Assembly: GCA_963816395.1 (NCBI GenBank)
Contig: CAWFKQ010000016.1
Location: 1-64,000 of the forward strand
Direction: 5' to 3'
DNA from: an uncultured delta proteobacterium
GTDB lineage: Bacteria; Desulfobacterota; Desulfuromonadia; Desulfuromonadales; JACZKF01
Length of the DNA: 64,000 nt
Below, one piece after another: positions 18,143 to 29,295 of this stretch. The position numbers and the translations under genes were made by a program. A model generated the notes under the pieces. That model ran no database searches and had not been told where the DNA came from. It saw only the letters and a program-made list of their open reading frames with translations. Position 1 is the stretch's first letter; each line of letters begins with the position of its first letter.

Positions 18143-20245
18143 ATGCAGCAACCGGAATCCCCGCCGCAGACCCCGCCAGCTCACCCCGCCGGAAAGAAAC
18201 CGGAGAAGTGGGATGAGCAGGCGGCCCGGCGCCAGCTCTCGGGCTGGCTTGCCAGGTTCGCCGCCGGCGCCGCCATCGCCTTTTCCATCTATCAGCTCTA
18301 TACGGCCGCGTTCAGTCCGCTGTCCAGCCTGGTCATGCGGTCGCTGCACGTCGGTTTCCTGCTGCTGCTGACTTTCCTGCTCTTCCCGGCCTGGCGCGGC
18401 GCCTCGCGCCGGCGCATCGCCTGGTACGACTGGCTGCTCGGGTTTACCGGTTTCGGCCTCGCCTTCTACCACTGGATCTTCGAGGTCGACCTGATCCTGC
18501 GCTCGGGCACGCCGACGACCGCCGACCTGATCGTCGGGACGGTGGTGATCGTCCTCGTCTTCGAGGCCGCCCGGCGCATCGTCGGGGTGGCCCTGCCCCT
18601 CATCTGCGCCCTGTTCCTCGCCTACGGGCTGTTCGGCCAGTACCTGCCGAGCCCCCTGATCCACCGCCCCTACGGCTTCGACCAGATCGTCAACCAGCTC
18701 TATCTCGGCACCGAGGGGATCTACGGGATTCCGATCCTGGTGTCCTCCACCTATATTTTCCTGTTCATCCTCTTCGGCTCTTTCCTCGAGCATGCGGGGA
18801 TGATCCGCCTGTTCAACGACCTGGCCCTCGGCACCGTCGGCCATACCCGCGGCGGTCCGGCCAAGGTGTCGGTCATCAGCTCCGGGCTGATGGGGACCAT
18901 CAACGGCTCGGGGGTGGCCAACGTCGTCACCACCGGCCAGTTCACCATCCCCCTGATGAAACGCTTCGGTTACCGCAGCGAGTTCGCCGGGGCGGTGGAG
19001 GCGACCTCCAGCATGGGGGGGCAGATCATGCCGCCGGTCATGGGGGCGGTCGCCTTCATCATGGCCGAGACGCTGAACGTGGAATACATCCAGATCGTCA
19101 AGGCGGCGACCATCCCGGCCCTGCTCTATTTCGCCACCGTCTTCTGGATGGTGCACCTGGAGGCCGGCCGGGCCAGTCTCTTCGGGCTGCCCAAGGAAGA
19201 GTGCCCCAACGCCTGGCAGGCGATCCGCCGCAGCTGGTACCTGGTGCTCCCCCTGGCCGCCCTGGTGTCCCTGCTCTTCGCGGGGTATACGCCGATGTTT
19301 TCCGGGCTGGTCGGCCTCGCCCTGACCTCCCTGCTCATCCTCGGCACCAGCCTGGGCCGGAGCCTGTCGGTGCGGACCCTGCGCATCGCCCTGTGGATCG
19401 TCATCGGCCTGGGCGCCGCCGCTTTCCGCAGCTACGGCATTGTGCCGATTCTCGGCCTGATCGGCGCCCTGGTCTTCGCCAACCTGTGGCGGGCCGGCGG
19501 CCGGGAAACCTTGCGCACCATGGTCAAGAGCCTGGAGGACGGCGCCAGGAGCGCCCTGGGGGTGGGCGTCGCCTGCGCCATCGTCGGTGTCATCATCGGC
19601 ATTCTCACCCTGACCGGGGCCGCCAGCAGCTTCGCCGGGCTGGTGCTCGAGCTGGGGAAAACCAGCCTTTTCCTCTCCCTGGTCCTGACCATGATCGCCT
19701 GTCTGGTGCTCGGGATGGGGATTCCGACCATCCCCAATTACATCATCACCAGCTCCATTGCCGCTCCGGCCCTGCTCAAGCTGGGGATTCCCCTCATCGT
19801 CTCGCACATGTTCGTTTTCTATTTCGGGATCATGGCGGATCTCACTCCGCCGGTGGCGCTGGCGGCCTTTGCCGCCTCCTCCATCGCCCGCGCCTCGGGG
19901 ATGAAGATCGGCCTGCAGTGCATGCGCATCGCCATTGCCGGATTCGTCATCCCCTACATGGCGGTCTATGATCCGGCCCTGATGCTCCAGGGGCACGGCG
20001 GCGCCTGGGATACGGTCTACATGGTGTTCAAGGCGCTGCTGGCCATCGGCCTCTGGGGCGCCGCCTCCATCGGCTACCTGAAGAAGCACCTGCGCTGGGT
20101 GGAGCGCCTGGTGGCGATGGTGGCCGCCTTCTCCCTGGTGGTCGCCCTGCCGGTGACCGACGAGATCGGCTTCGGCCTGGCGGCGCTGTTCGTCTTCTTC
20201 CATTACGAGCTGTACCGCAAGCTCATGCCGCAGCGGGCTTTATGA
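18143..20245 (+). CDS. TRAP transporter fused 4TM/12TM permease
   Basis: GGPAKVSV, GGQIMPPVMGA, MADLTPPVALAAF. Confidence 0.93.
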   Translation: MQQPESPPQTPPAHPAGKKPEKWDEQAARRQLSGWLARFAAGAAIAFSIYQLYTAAFSPLSSLVMRSLHVGFLLLLTFLLFPAWRGASRRRIAWYDWLLGFTGFGLAFYHWIFEVDLILRSGTPTTADLIVGTVVIVLVFEAARRIVGVALPLICALFLAYGLFGQYLPSPLIHRPYGFDQIVNQLYLGTEGIYGIPILVSSTYIFLFILFGSFLEHAGMIRLFNDLALGTVGHTRGGPAKVSVISSGLMGTINGSGVANVVTTGQFTIPLMKRFGYRSEFAGAVEATSSMGGQIMPPVMGAVAFIMAETLNVEYIQIVKAATIPALLYFATVFWMVHLEAGRASLFGLPKEECPNAWQAIRRSWYLVLPLAALVSLLFAGYTPMFSGLVGLALTSLLILGTSLGRSLSVRTLRIALWIVIGLGAAAFRSYGIVPILGLIGALVFANLWRAGGRETLRTMVKSLEDGARSALGVGVACAIVGVIIGILTLTGAASSFAGLVLELGKTSLFLSLVLTMIACLVLGMGIPTIPNYIITSSIAAPALLKLGIPLIVSHMFVFYFGIMADLTPPVALAAFAASSIARASGMKIGLQCMRIAIAGFVIPYMAVYDPALMLQGHGGAWDTVYMVFKALLAIGLWGAASIGYLKKHLRWVERLVAMVAAFSLVVALPVTDEIGFGLAALFVFFHYELYRKLMPQRAL

Positions 20246-20858
20246 CCGGTATCTGCCTGGGGCTGGCGGCCCTCTGCAATTGAGCCTGCCGGTGAACCAT
20301 TTCACCCTGGCCTGGAACCACTCGGTGGAGAAGATCCGCTGGGAAGAGGATTACCGGGTCGACGGGAAGCAGCTTCTGGCCGTCGCCGCCCGGGTGCGCG
20401 GAACCGGGGCCGGCATGGACATCCCGGACGATGCGGTCTGGCGCAACGGCGTCTGGGAATACAGGCCGCACCTGCCGCCTCTCGACCGGTTGCGGCTGAC
20501 CCGCTCTACCTTCACCGCCGACTACCAGCTGTGCTGGGACGGAGCGTGCCGCAGCATGACCGAGCTGCTCGGGCCGGCGAAGGAGGAGGGGGAGGTGGTG
20601 GAGGTGTTCGCCTGCCCGGCGGGAGGGGACGATGCAAGAGCAAGGACTTTAACGCAGTCCAATAGTCGTGCCTGCGGCACACCCGAAGACGATGAAAAGC
20701 AAAGATTTAACGCTAAGGCGCAAAGGGAAATGAAAGCCACTAAGGATGTAAAAAGAGAAGGATTTTCTCTGCGCCTTGGTTCTCAACCTGGCTTCTTTGC
20801 GTTAAATTATTTTTTTTGTGACTTAGGGATTTCTTTTCAGAACGGAGATTGCCGATGA
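20242..20858 (+). CDS. DUF1850 family protein (5' frameshift; 3' end reads into a repeat)
   Basis: FTLAWNHSVEKIRWEEDY, GTGAGM; follows a TAXI-TRAP pair. Confidence 0.75.
20706..20806. repeat. Inverted pair, TTTAACGC(AAAG) variant of the short-repeat element
   Basis: TTTAACGCTAAGGCGCAAAGG ... CTTTGCGTTAAA with an AT-rich spacer. Confidence 0.6.
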
Positions 20859-21778
20859 AGGACAGACTCCATGGTGTGCATACCATCGTGCCGACCCCGT
20901 TCGACGAGCGGGGGGAACTGGATGGGGAGAGCCTCTCCCGGCTGATCGATTTCCTGGTCGGGCTGGGGGTCGACGGGGTGGTGGTGCTGGGGGTGATGGG
21001 GGAGGCGCCCAAGCTCTCCGAGGCGGAGCAGGCCGAGGTGATCCGCCTGGCAGTGGCGGCGGCCGCCGGCCGGGTGCCGGTGTTTGCCGGCGCCGGCGCC
21101 GCCGGCACCGACCTGGCCATCGCCAAGGGGCTGGCCGCCGTGCGCGGCGGGGCGGCCGGGCTGCTGGTGGCGCCGCCGCCGGTGCAGAAGGACGCGGTGA
21201 TCTTCGAGTATTACCGGCGCCTCGGCGAGGCCGTGCAGGCGCCGCTCATCCTGCACGATTATCCGGCGACCACCGGCATCCTGCTGAGCCCGGAGCTGGT
21301 CGCCCGGATGTTCCGGGAGATCGCGCAGGTGCGGGTGATCAAGCTGGAGGAGCCGCCGACCGGGCCGAAGATCAGCCAGCTGCGGCGGCTCTGCCCGGAG
21401 CTGAGCATCCTCGGCGGGCTGGGCGGCATGTATTTTCTGGAAGAGCTGGCGCGCGGCGCCGACGGCATCATGACCGGCTTCTCCTATCCGGAGGTGCTGG
21501 CCGCCATCTACCGCGCCTTCACCGGCGGCGATATGGCTGCGGCCGAGCGGATCTTCTTCGGCGCCTGCCCGCTGCTGCGCTACGAGTTCCAGCCGGGGAT
21601 CGGCCTGGCGGTGCGCAAGGAGATCTACCGGCAGCGCGGGGCGATCCGCGCCGCCACCGTCCGCCACCCGGGCGCCCAGATCGACGAAGAGCTGAGAGGG
21701 GAGCTGGCCCGCATCCTGGCCTTCTGCCCCCCGGCCGGCCTGCTGGCCGCCGCTGCCAACTCCAGCCGGGAGAGCTGA
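20855..21778 (+). CDS. DapA/DHDPS-family aldolase or dehydratase
   Basis: PTPFD, LGVMGEA, Schiff-base lysine in IKLEE. Confidence 0.88.
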   Translation: MKDRLHGVHTIVPTPFDERGELDGESLSRLIDFLVGLGVDGVVVLGVMGEAPKLSEAEQAEVIRLAVAAAAGRVPVFAGAGAAGTDLAIAKGLAAVRGGAAGLLVAPPPVQKDAVIFEYYRRLGEAVQAPLILHDYPATTGILLSPELVARMFREIAQVRVIKLEEPPTGPKISQLRRLCPELSILGGLGGMYFLEELARGADGIMTGFSYPEVLAAIYRAFTGGDMAAAERIFFGACPLLRYEFQPGIGLAVRKEIYRQRGAIRAATVRHPGAQIDEELRGELARILAFCPPAGLLAAAANSSRES

Positions 21779-21780
21779 CC

Positions 21781-22677
21781 ATGCGTCTGACCACCATCGA
21801 GAGAAACGGCACCGAGCAGGCGGCGATTCCGGCGGCCGGAGGCGTGGTGCCGATCGCCGTCATCAATGCCGGCCTGCGCACCCGGTGGGCCGCCACCGTC
21901 TGGGAAATCCTCCAGTCGGGGCAGCTGCCGGCCCTGCAGAAGTGGTACGACGCCGGCGGCCGGCAGCAGGTGGAAAGCCTGGCGGCGGAGACGATCCCCT
22001 TCGAGCGGGCGAGCTTCCGGCCGCTCTACCGGCAGCCGCGGAAGATCTGGGGGATCGGCCTGAACTACCGCGAACACGCCAGCGACCTGCACGAACAGTC
22101 GCCGACCACCGCCCCGGCAAGCTTCATGAAACCCGATACGACGATCATCGGCCCCGGCGACACCATCGAGATCCCGCTGCAGTCGCACCGCACCACGGCC
22201 GAAGCGGAGCTGGGGGTGATCATCGGCCGCCGCTGCCGGAACATCGCCAGCCGGGAGGCGCCGGCGGTGGTCGCCGGCTTCACCACCATCATCGACATGA
22301 CCGCCGAGGACATTCTGCAGCAGAACCCCCGCTATCTCACGCGGTCGAAGAGCTTCGATACCTTCTTCAGCTTCGGCCCGCAGCTGGTCACCACCGACGA
22401 GGTGGAAGACCTCCTGCGCCTGGAGGTGGCGACGATCATCAACGGCCGGGTGCACCGGCGCAACACCGTCGCCAACATGACCTTTCGCCCCTGGGACCTG
22501 GTGGCCTTCCATTCCGAGGTGATGACCCTGCTGCCCGGGGATATCATTTCTACCGGCACGCCGGGGGCGGTGGTCATCGGCGACGGCGATGTGGTGGAAT
22601 GCCGGATCGACGGTTTCGTGCCGCTGGTCAATCCGGTCCGGGACCTGAAAATCATCTACAGGGAGAATCTTTCATGA
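21781..22677 (+). CDS. Fumarylacetoacetate hydrolase family protein
   Basis: IGLNYREH, EAELGVIIG, KSFDTF, PGDIISTGTP. Confidence 0.92.
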   Translation: MRLTTIERNGTEQAAIPAAGGVVPIAVINAGLRTRWAATVWEILQSGQLPALQKWYDAGGRQQVESLAAETIPFERASFRPLYRQPRKIWGIGLNYREHASDLHEQSPTTAPASFMKPDTTIIGPGDTIEIPLQSHRTTAEAELGVIIGRRCRNIASREAPAVVAGFTTIIDMTAEDILQQNPRYLTRSKSFDTFFSFGPQLVTTDEVEDLLRLEVATIINGRVHRRNTVANMTFRPWDLVAFHSEVMTLLPGDIISTGTPGAVVIGDGDVVECRIDGFVPLVNPVRDLKIIYRENLS

Positions 22678-23463
22678 ACCTTGGTCTGCAGGGAAAAAGC
22701 GTTCTGGTGACCGCCGCGAGCAAGGGGCTCGGCAAGGCGACCGCCTGGCAGTTCGCCGCCGAAGGGGCGCGCGTCATGATTTCCAGCCGGAACGAAAAGG
22801 AGCTGGCGGCGACGGCCGCCGAGATCGGCGAAGCCACCGGCGCCGAGGTCTGGCTGGGCGGCGGCCGACCTGACCCGGCCCGAACAGATCAAAAACCTGG
22901 TGGAGCAGGCGGCGGCCCGTTTCGGCACCGTCGATGTCCTGGTCAACAATGCCGGCGGACCGCCGGCCGGCAGCTTCGTCAGCCTGGACGATGACGCCTG
23001 GCAGCAGGCTTTCGAGCTCAACCTGCTCAGCCTGGTCCGCTGCATCCGCGAGGTGCTGCCGTACATGCGGCGGGAGCGCTTCGGGCGCATCCTCAATTTC
23101 GCCTCCTCCTCCTTCAAGCAGCCCCTGGACAACCTGCTGCTGTCGAATACCTTCCGCACCGGCATCATCGGTCTGGCCAAGAGCCTGGCGACCGAACTGG
23201 CCGCGGACAACATCCTCATCAACACCCTCGGCCCGGGGCGGATCGCCACCGACCGGGTGGCCTTCCTCGACGCGATGCGCGCCGAGCGCCAGGGGAGCAC
23301 CCCGGAGGCGGTGAAAAAGCAGACCGAGAGCCAGATCCCCCTGGGGCGCTACGGGCTGCCGGAGGAGTTCGCCCGGGTCGCCGTCTTTCTCGCCTCCGGC
23401 GCCAACACCTACGTGACCGGCCAGGCCTTCCTGGTCGACGGCGGACTGGTGAAGGCGATCTGA
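22674..23463 (+). CDS. SDR oxidoreductase (frameshift near 22860)
   Basis: VTAASKGLG, VNNAGGPP, PGRIATDR, VDGG. Confidence 0.9.
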
Positions 23464-23479
23464 CCAGACTCCTCAAACT

Positions 23480-23644
23480 AATTTGATGCTTTCGCAAGAA
23501 AGCAAAGATGGGGATGGCTAAGCAAAAAGCGCCAAATGCAAGGCGCGCAATTATCGAGCAATGAGGCGTACTTACGTACGGCGATGCAGCGAGAGCAATT
23601 GCAGCAACGCAGCAGTTGGTGAGTTTTTGCGACGCCATCAAATT
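23480..23644. mobile_element. MITE-like element, copy 1
   Basis: Imperfect terminal inverted repeats AATTTGATG...CATCAAATT; internal ATGCAAGGCG / AGGCGTAC..GTACG / CAACGCAGCA shared with 40811-40932. Confidence 0.7.
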
Positions 23645-23645
23645 T

Positions 23646-23680
23646 AAGGGGCGGGCTGCTCGATGGCAGCTCGCCCCTTT
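23646..23680. terminator. Hairpin between convergent genes
   Basis: AAGGGGCGGGCTGC-TCGATG-GCAGCTCGCCCCTTT. Confidence 0.6.
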
Positions 23681-23709
23681 GGCCTCGCGAAATCCTGGTG
23701 GGATTGCGC

Positions 23710-24208
23710 CTACGGCGCCTTGTAGAAGACCGAGCCCTTGGCGCCGCAGATGACGCAGGTCTCCGGGGCGTTGCGCTCGACGGTATGGCCGCAGAGGGGA
23801 CAGATCCAGTAGTCGAAGGTCTCTCCCCCCGGCTGCAGGGTGTCGAGCAGCCCCTGGTAGAGCGTCCGCGTGCACTTTCTCGACCTCGTTCGCCCAGCGG
23901 AAGGAGCGTTCGGCCGCCGCCGCCTTTTCCGCCGCCGCCTCCTCGATCATCTGCGGGTACATGTTCTTGAACTCGTGCGTTTCGCCGGCCACCGCCTCCT
24001 GCAGGTTCTCCCGCGTGCTCCTGATGCCGCCGAGGGCGCGCAGGTGGTTGTGGGCGTGGATCGTCTCCGCTTCGGCGGCCGCGCGAAAGAGTTTCGCCGC
24101 CTGCGGGTACCCTTCCTTCTCCGCCTGCTTGGCGAAAGCCAGATATTTCCGGTTCGCCTGCGATTCCCCGGCGAACGCCGCCGCCAGATTCTGCTCCGAT
24201 TTGCTCAT
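23710..24208 (-). CDS. rbr: Rubrerythrin (frameshift near 23865)
   Basis: AFAGESQANRKY, AETIHA, VEKVH; C-terminal CPLCGH...CVICGA. Confidence 0.9.
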
Positions 24209-24254
24209 CGTATTCCTCCTGTCTGCTGGTTTGAGTTAGTTCAGTTGTCCGCTT

Positions 24255-24362
24255 TCATTCTTCCTCGAAAGATTCCGCGTCGGCTCCGCATTCCGGGCAG
24301 GATTGCGGAGGCTCCGGTCCCTCGTGGACATAGCCGCAGATGGCGCAGCGCCATTTCTTCAT
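24255..24362 (-). CDS. 35-aa rubredoxin-like protein (not in the ORF track)
   Basis: MKKWRCAICGYVHEGPEPPQSCPECGADAESFEEE*; TAATG overlap with the upstream Fur-family gene. Confidence 0.85.
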   Translation of the reverse strand: MKKWRCAICGYVHEGPEPPQSCPECGADAESFEEE

Positions 24363-24838
24363 TAGTCACCTCCTGGTTGGCCGGGAGTCCCGCCGCGCGC
24401 GGCGCAGGCGGGGCAGACCCCGGTAAAACTCACTGAATAATCGAGGATGCGGTACCCCGCCGGTATCGCCGCCGGCGGCGGCAGGGCGTCGAGGGCGCCG
24501 TCGCGGCAGTCGGTGACGGCGCCGCAGGCGATGCACTGGATGTGGTGGTGCTGGCCGGTATCGGCATCGAAGCGGGCGCGCGCCTCCCGGCTGCTGATGC
24601 GGCGGACGAGGCCCATCGCCACAAAGGCGTCGAGGACGCGGTAGACAGTGGTGCGCGAGAGGGCGGGCAGGGCCGCATGTACCGTCCGGTAAAGGTCCTC
24701 GGCGGTGGGATGGTCGCGGCGTGACGCCAGGGCCTCCATGACCAGCCGGCGCTGGGTGGTCACCGGTACCCCGCGCTCGCGGCTCCAGGCCGCCAGTTGC
24801 CGCATCTTCTCATCAAGCTGTTCGCTCGGCGTGGGCAT
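24362..24838 (-). CDS. Fur family regulator, PerR-like
   Basis: DHPTAE, SRTTVYR, HHHIQCIACG, CPAC; heads an oxidative-stress operon. Confidence 0.88.
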   Translation of the reverse strand: MPTPSEQLDEKMRQLAAWSRERGVPVTTQRRLVMEALASRRDHPTAEDLYRTVHAALPALSRTTVYRVLDAFVAMGLVRRISSREARARFDADTGQHHHIQCIACGAVTDCRDGALDALPPPAAIPAGYRILDYSVSFTGVCPACAARGGTPGQPGGD

Positions 24839-24850
24839 ATGGTGGATAAG

Positions 24851-24866
24851 TTTACCAGATGGTAAA
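24851..24866. promoter_or_regulatory. Palindromic candidate operator
   Basis: TTTACCA-GA-TGGTAAA just upstream of the Fur-family start. Confidence 0.5.
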
Positions 24867-25122
24867 TTTTTGCAAGCGCTAGGGAATTATTTTTTTCGCT
24901 TCACAAGGGAGATTCCCAGGAAGAGCATCACCTGGTGCGGCAGATTAAATTTAATCCGTTTCTCGCCGCCCCCGAGGCCACCTGGCAAATTTCGCTCCTT
25001 TGAGTATTTACAAGCCTTCCTCAGGCGGTGTTACGATGCCCCGTTTGGGTTTTTTCGGGCCCCGGCCGGGCAACCGCGCCGGTCCCTCTGTTTGGCCGGA
25101 CCGTCTCTCCGGGAGTAGACTT

Positions 25123-26913
25123 TTGCCTTCCATCCGTTTCCAGTGGCTGCGGACGTCCAGCACCGCGGCCCTGAGTCGTTTCCGCATCAGCGAAAATACC
25201 TTCATGGTCATCCTGGCGGTGGCCATCGGCGTCATGGCGGGGCTGGGCAATTATGCCTTCCGCAAGCTGATCGATCTGTTCCACTGGCTGGTCATCGAAC
25301 AGGGGAGCCAACTTCTCGGCATCTCCTTCGACCATTGGAGCTGGAGCCGCCTGCTGGTCTTCCTGTTTCCCCTCGCCGGCGGGCTGCTGATGATCCCCTT
25401 CGGCCTCTTCTTCGCCAAGGACCTCAAGTTCGGCTTCTCCTCCTTTCTCGAACGGGTCAACCTGCGGGGGGCCAAGGTCCCGGCCCGCACCATCTTCACC
25501 CGCGGCATCGCCAGCGCCATCACTCTGGGGACCGGCGGCTCGGCCGGCCAGGAAGGACCGATCGCCCAGATCGGCGGGGCCATCGGCAGCCAGTTCGGCC
25601 AGGTCTTCAAGATGAGCGGCGACCGGCTCAAGGTCCTGGTGGCCTGCGGCTCGGCGGCCGGCATCGCCGCCACCTTCAATGCCCCGATCGCCGGCGTCTT
25701 CTTCGCCCAGGAAATCGTCCTGCTCTCCTCCTTCGAGCTCCAGAGCTTCACCTCCATCGTCATCGCCAGCGGCATGAGCACGGTGGTCTCCCGCGCCCTG
25801 CTCGGCAATATTCCCGCCCTGATCGTCCCCCACTACCATGTGGCGACGCCGTGGGAACTCCTGTTCTATGTGATCCTGGGCATGATCATCGGCTCGCTGG
25901 CCGCCGGTTTTATCGACCTGCACTTCCGCATCAAGGACTTCTTCGACGCCCTGCGCCTGCCGCGGCTGGCGAAACCGGTTCTGGGCGGCTTTCTGGTGGG
26001 GGTGATCGGCATCGTCTTCCCCCAGGTTTTCGGCAACGGCTACAGCTTCATGCAGGAGGTCCTGCACGGCCAGGGGGTGTGGTACCTGCTCGCCGCCCTG
26101 ATCGTCATGAAGATGGTGGCCACCTCGGTCACCCTCGGCTCCGGTCTGCCCGGCGGGCTGTTCGCCCCTTCCCTCTACGTCGGCGCGGTCATCGGCGGCG
26201 CCTTCGGCAAGCTCGCCCAGCTGGCCTTCCCCCAGGTGGTGACGCTGCCGGGGACCTACGCCCTGGTCGGCATGGGGGCGTTCCTGTCCGCCGCCACCCA
26301 CGCGCCGATGACCGGCATCTTTCTGCTCTTCGAGATGACCGGTTCCTACCAGGTCATCATCCCCATCATGCTCACCTGCGTGATCGGCACGGCCATCTGC
26401 CGCCACTTCAAGAAGGATGCCCTCGATACCGTCGAGCTGGTGCGGGCCGGCATCGACCTGGAAGCCGGCAAGGAGCGCAACATCATGAAATCTCTGCGGG
26501 TGGCGGAGGTGATGGTGCGGGATCCCGAGGCCGTCCCGGAAAACATGACCCTGCGCCAGTTCACCCAGTTCATCGCCAGCACCCGGCACACCAATTTCCC
26601 CCTGGTCAGCCGCAAGGGGGAGCTGGCCGGCATCATTTCCGTGCAGGATTTCATGGGGGTGGTGTTCGAGCGCGACCTGATGGACCTGGTGGTGATCAAG
26701 GAGCTGGCGACCTCCGATGTCATCACCGTCACCGAGGAGGAGGATCTCGATCAGGCGATGAAGAAAATCGGCTACCGCAACATCGAGCAGCTGCCGGTGG
26801 TCGACCGGCAGACCGGCCGCAAGCTGGTGGGGATCATCTCCCGGCGCGATATGGTCTCCGCCTATAACCGGGCGCTGATGACCCGGAGCCTCGGGGAAGA
26901 GGTCGATGAATGA
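25123..26913 (+). CDS. CLC chloride channel/transporter with two CBS domains
   Basis: GSAGQEGP, ATFNAP, GGLFAP, C-terminal CBS pair; start uncertain. Confidence 0.9.
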   Translation: MPSIRFQWLRTSSTAALSRFRISENTFMVILAVAIGVMAGLGNYAFRKLIDLFHWLVIEQGSQLLGISFDHWSWSRLLVFLFPLAGGLLMIPFGLFFAKDLKFGFSSFLERVNLRGAKVPARTIFTRGIASAITLGTGGSAGQEGPIAQIGGAIGSQFGQVFKMSGDRLKVLVACGSAAGIAATFNAPIAGVFFAQEIVLLSSFELQSFTSIVIASGMSTVVSRALLGNIPALIVPHYHVATPWELLFYVILGMIIGSLAAGFIDLHFRIKDFFDALRLPRLAKPVLGGFLVGVIGIVFPQVFGNGYSFMQEVLHGQGVWYLLAALIVMKMVATSVTLGSGLPGGLFAPSLYVGAVIGGAFGKLAQLAFPQVVTLPGTYALVGMGAFLSAATHAPMTGIFLLFEMTGSYQVIIPIMLTCVIGTAICRHFKKDALDTVELVRAGIDLEAGKERNIMKSLRVAEVMVRDPEAVPENMTLRQFTQFIASTRHTNFPLVSRKGELAGIISVQDFMGVVFERDLMDLVVIKELATSDVITVTEEEDLDQAMKKIGYRNIEQLPVVDRQTGRKLVGIISRRDMVSAYNRALMTRSLGEEVDE

Positions 26914-29135
26914 TCTGCTGAAGGGCCTCAACCCGCCACAGAAGGAAGCCGTGCGGCATCCCGCCGGGGCGCTGCTGGTGCTGGCCGGGGCCGGTTCGGG
27001 CAAGACGCGCGCCCTGACCCACCGGGTCGCCTGGCTGATCCGCGAGCGGGGGGTGGAGCCGTGGCGCATTCTCGCCGTCACCTTCACCAACAAGGCGGCC
27101 GGCGAGATGCGCGAGCGGCTGCGGCGGCTGCTGGGAGCGGCGGCCGAGGGGCTGTGGGTGGCCACTTTCCACGCCGCCTGCGTGCGCATTCTGCGGCGGG
27201 AGATTGCCGTCCTCGGCTACAGCTCCGATTTCACCATCTACGACGACCAGGATCAGGAGCGGCTGCTGCGTGAAGTGCTCAAGGAGCAGGAGGTGCCGGA
27301 ACGCATCCTCAAGCCGCGCTCGGCCGCGGCGGCCATCGACGGCGCCAAGAACCGCGGGCTGCTGCCGGAGCAGGTGGAGCGCGGCGACTATTACCACGAG
27401 CTCACCGCCCGGGTCTACGCCGCCTACCAGGCCCGCCTGCAGAAGGCCAACGCCCTCGATTTCGGCGATCTGCTGCTGCTGACGGTGCAGCTCTTCGAGC
27501 GACATCCGGAGGTGCGGCAACGCTGGGCCGAGCGCTTCCATTACCTGCTGGTGGACGAATTCCAGGACACCAACCAGGTGCAGTACCGCCTGGTGCAGCA
27601 GCTGGCCTCCGGTCACGGCAACCTGTGCGTGGTGGGGGACGACGATCAGTCGATCTACCGCTGGCGCGGGGCGGAAGTCGGCAACATCCTCAATTTCGAG
27701 CGCGATTTTGCCGGCGCCGCGGTGATCCGCCTGGAGCAGAATTACCGCTCGACGCAGACCATCCTCGATGCGGCCGGCGAGGTGGTGGCGCGCAACGTCG
27801 GGCGCAAGGGGAAGAAGCTGTGGACGGAGAATCCGCAAGGGGAGAAGATCACCCTGGAGCTGCTCCCCGACGATCTGGAGGAGGGCCGCTTCGTCGCCGG
27901 CGAGATCAGCCGCCTGCGCCATGCCGGCCGGCACCTGCGCGATGTGGCGGTCTTCTACCGCACCAATGCCCAGTCGCGTTCCCTGGAGGAGGCGCTGGTG
28001 CGCGAGCGGCTCCCCTATGTGATGGTCGGCGGCGTCAAGTTCTTCGCCCGGATGGAGGTCAAGGACGTCATCGCCTACCTGCGCACCCTGGTCAACCCCG
28101 CCGATTCCCTCTCCGCCCGGCGCATCATCAACGTGCCGGCGCGCGGCATCGGCGCCGCCACCGTCGAGCGCATCGGCGCCCTGGAAGATGAGGCCGGCGG
28201 TTTTATCGGCGCCTGCGAGCTGGCCCTGGAGCGCGGCGCGCTGAAGGGGGCGGCGGCCGGCCGGGTGGAGGAATTCCTCGCCCTGATCCATCGCTTCCGG
28301 GAAAAGCTGGGGCAGCTCCCCTATCCGCGGCTCACCGCCGAACTGATCGAGGAGAGCGGCTACGGGCCGGCGCTGCGCGAGACGGCCGAGCGCGCCCTCT
28401 CCCAGATGGACCGGGAGGAGGCCCGCGAGCGCCTGCAGAACCTGGAGCAGCTGCTGGCCGGGATGGAGGAGCACGTGGGGACCGAGGGCAGCCTGCAGGA
28501 TTTCCTCGAGCAGGTGGCCCTGGTCACCGACCTGGACAGCTACGACGGCAGCCTCGACCGGGTCACCCTGATGACCCTGCACGCCGCCAAGGGGCTGGAG
28601 TTCCCCGTGGTCTTTCTGACCGGCATGGAAGAGGGGCTCTTCCCGCACAGCCGGGCCAACGGCGGTGAGGAGGAGGTGGAGGAAGAGCGGCGCCTGTGCT
28701 ATGTCGGCATGACGCGGGCGATGGACAAGCTCTACCTCACCCATGCCCGCCGCCGCCGCATCTATGGCGATTACCAGTTCAACCCCCCCAGCCGCTTCCT
28801 CGGCGAGATCCCCGCCCGCCTGCTGGCCGGCATCGAGACCCCCGCCCTGCGGAAGCCGGCCGCCCACAACCTGGCGTCGGTTTTCGAACAGTTCGCCCCC
28901 GCCCCGGGCGAAGCGGAAGGGGAGGAAGAGGTTCCGTTCGAGGAGCCGGTGCGGGCGGTCCCCGAGCCGGAGGAGGGGCTGCGCCTCGGCACCCGGGTGC
29001 GCCACCCCAAGTTCGGCATCGGCACCGTGCGCCGCATCGAGGGGGCCGGCGATTCCCAGAAAGTCACCATCTACTTCAACAGCCATCGGCACGAAGAAGC
29101 TCCTGCTCAGATTCGCCGGCCTCGAGCCGGCGTAA
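26906..29135 (+). CDS. pcrA: PcrA/UvrD helicase (frameshift near 29090)
   Basis: LAGAGSGKT, DEFQD, GDDDQSIY, HAAKGLEF, EERRLCYV; Tudor-like tail ends KKLLLRFAGLEPA in another frame. Confidence 0.93.
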
Positions 29136-29295
29136 AGACCGGCGACCCACCTTTTTTGCCGTTTGACAGCAGCCGCATTAGGCGCGGAACTATTCTTGCC
29201 AGGATACTCAATTTGAGAATACCGCAACCTTTTTGCTAAAGGACTGGCCATGGCAATCCTCATGTTCCGGAAGAGCCGAGAAGCGTAGAGAGATC

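Noticed and set aside
24960..25120. Fluoride riboswitch before the CLC gene
   Set aside because: No recognisable consensus seen by eye; an Rfam scan would settle it.
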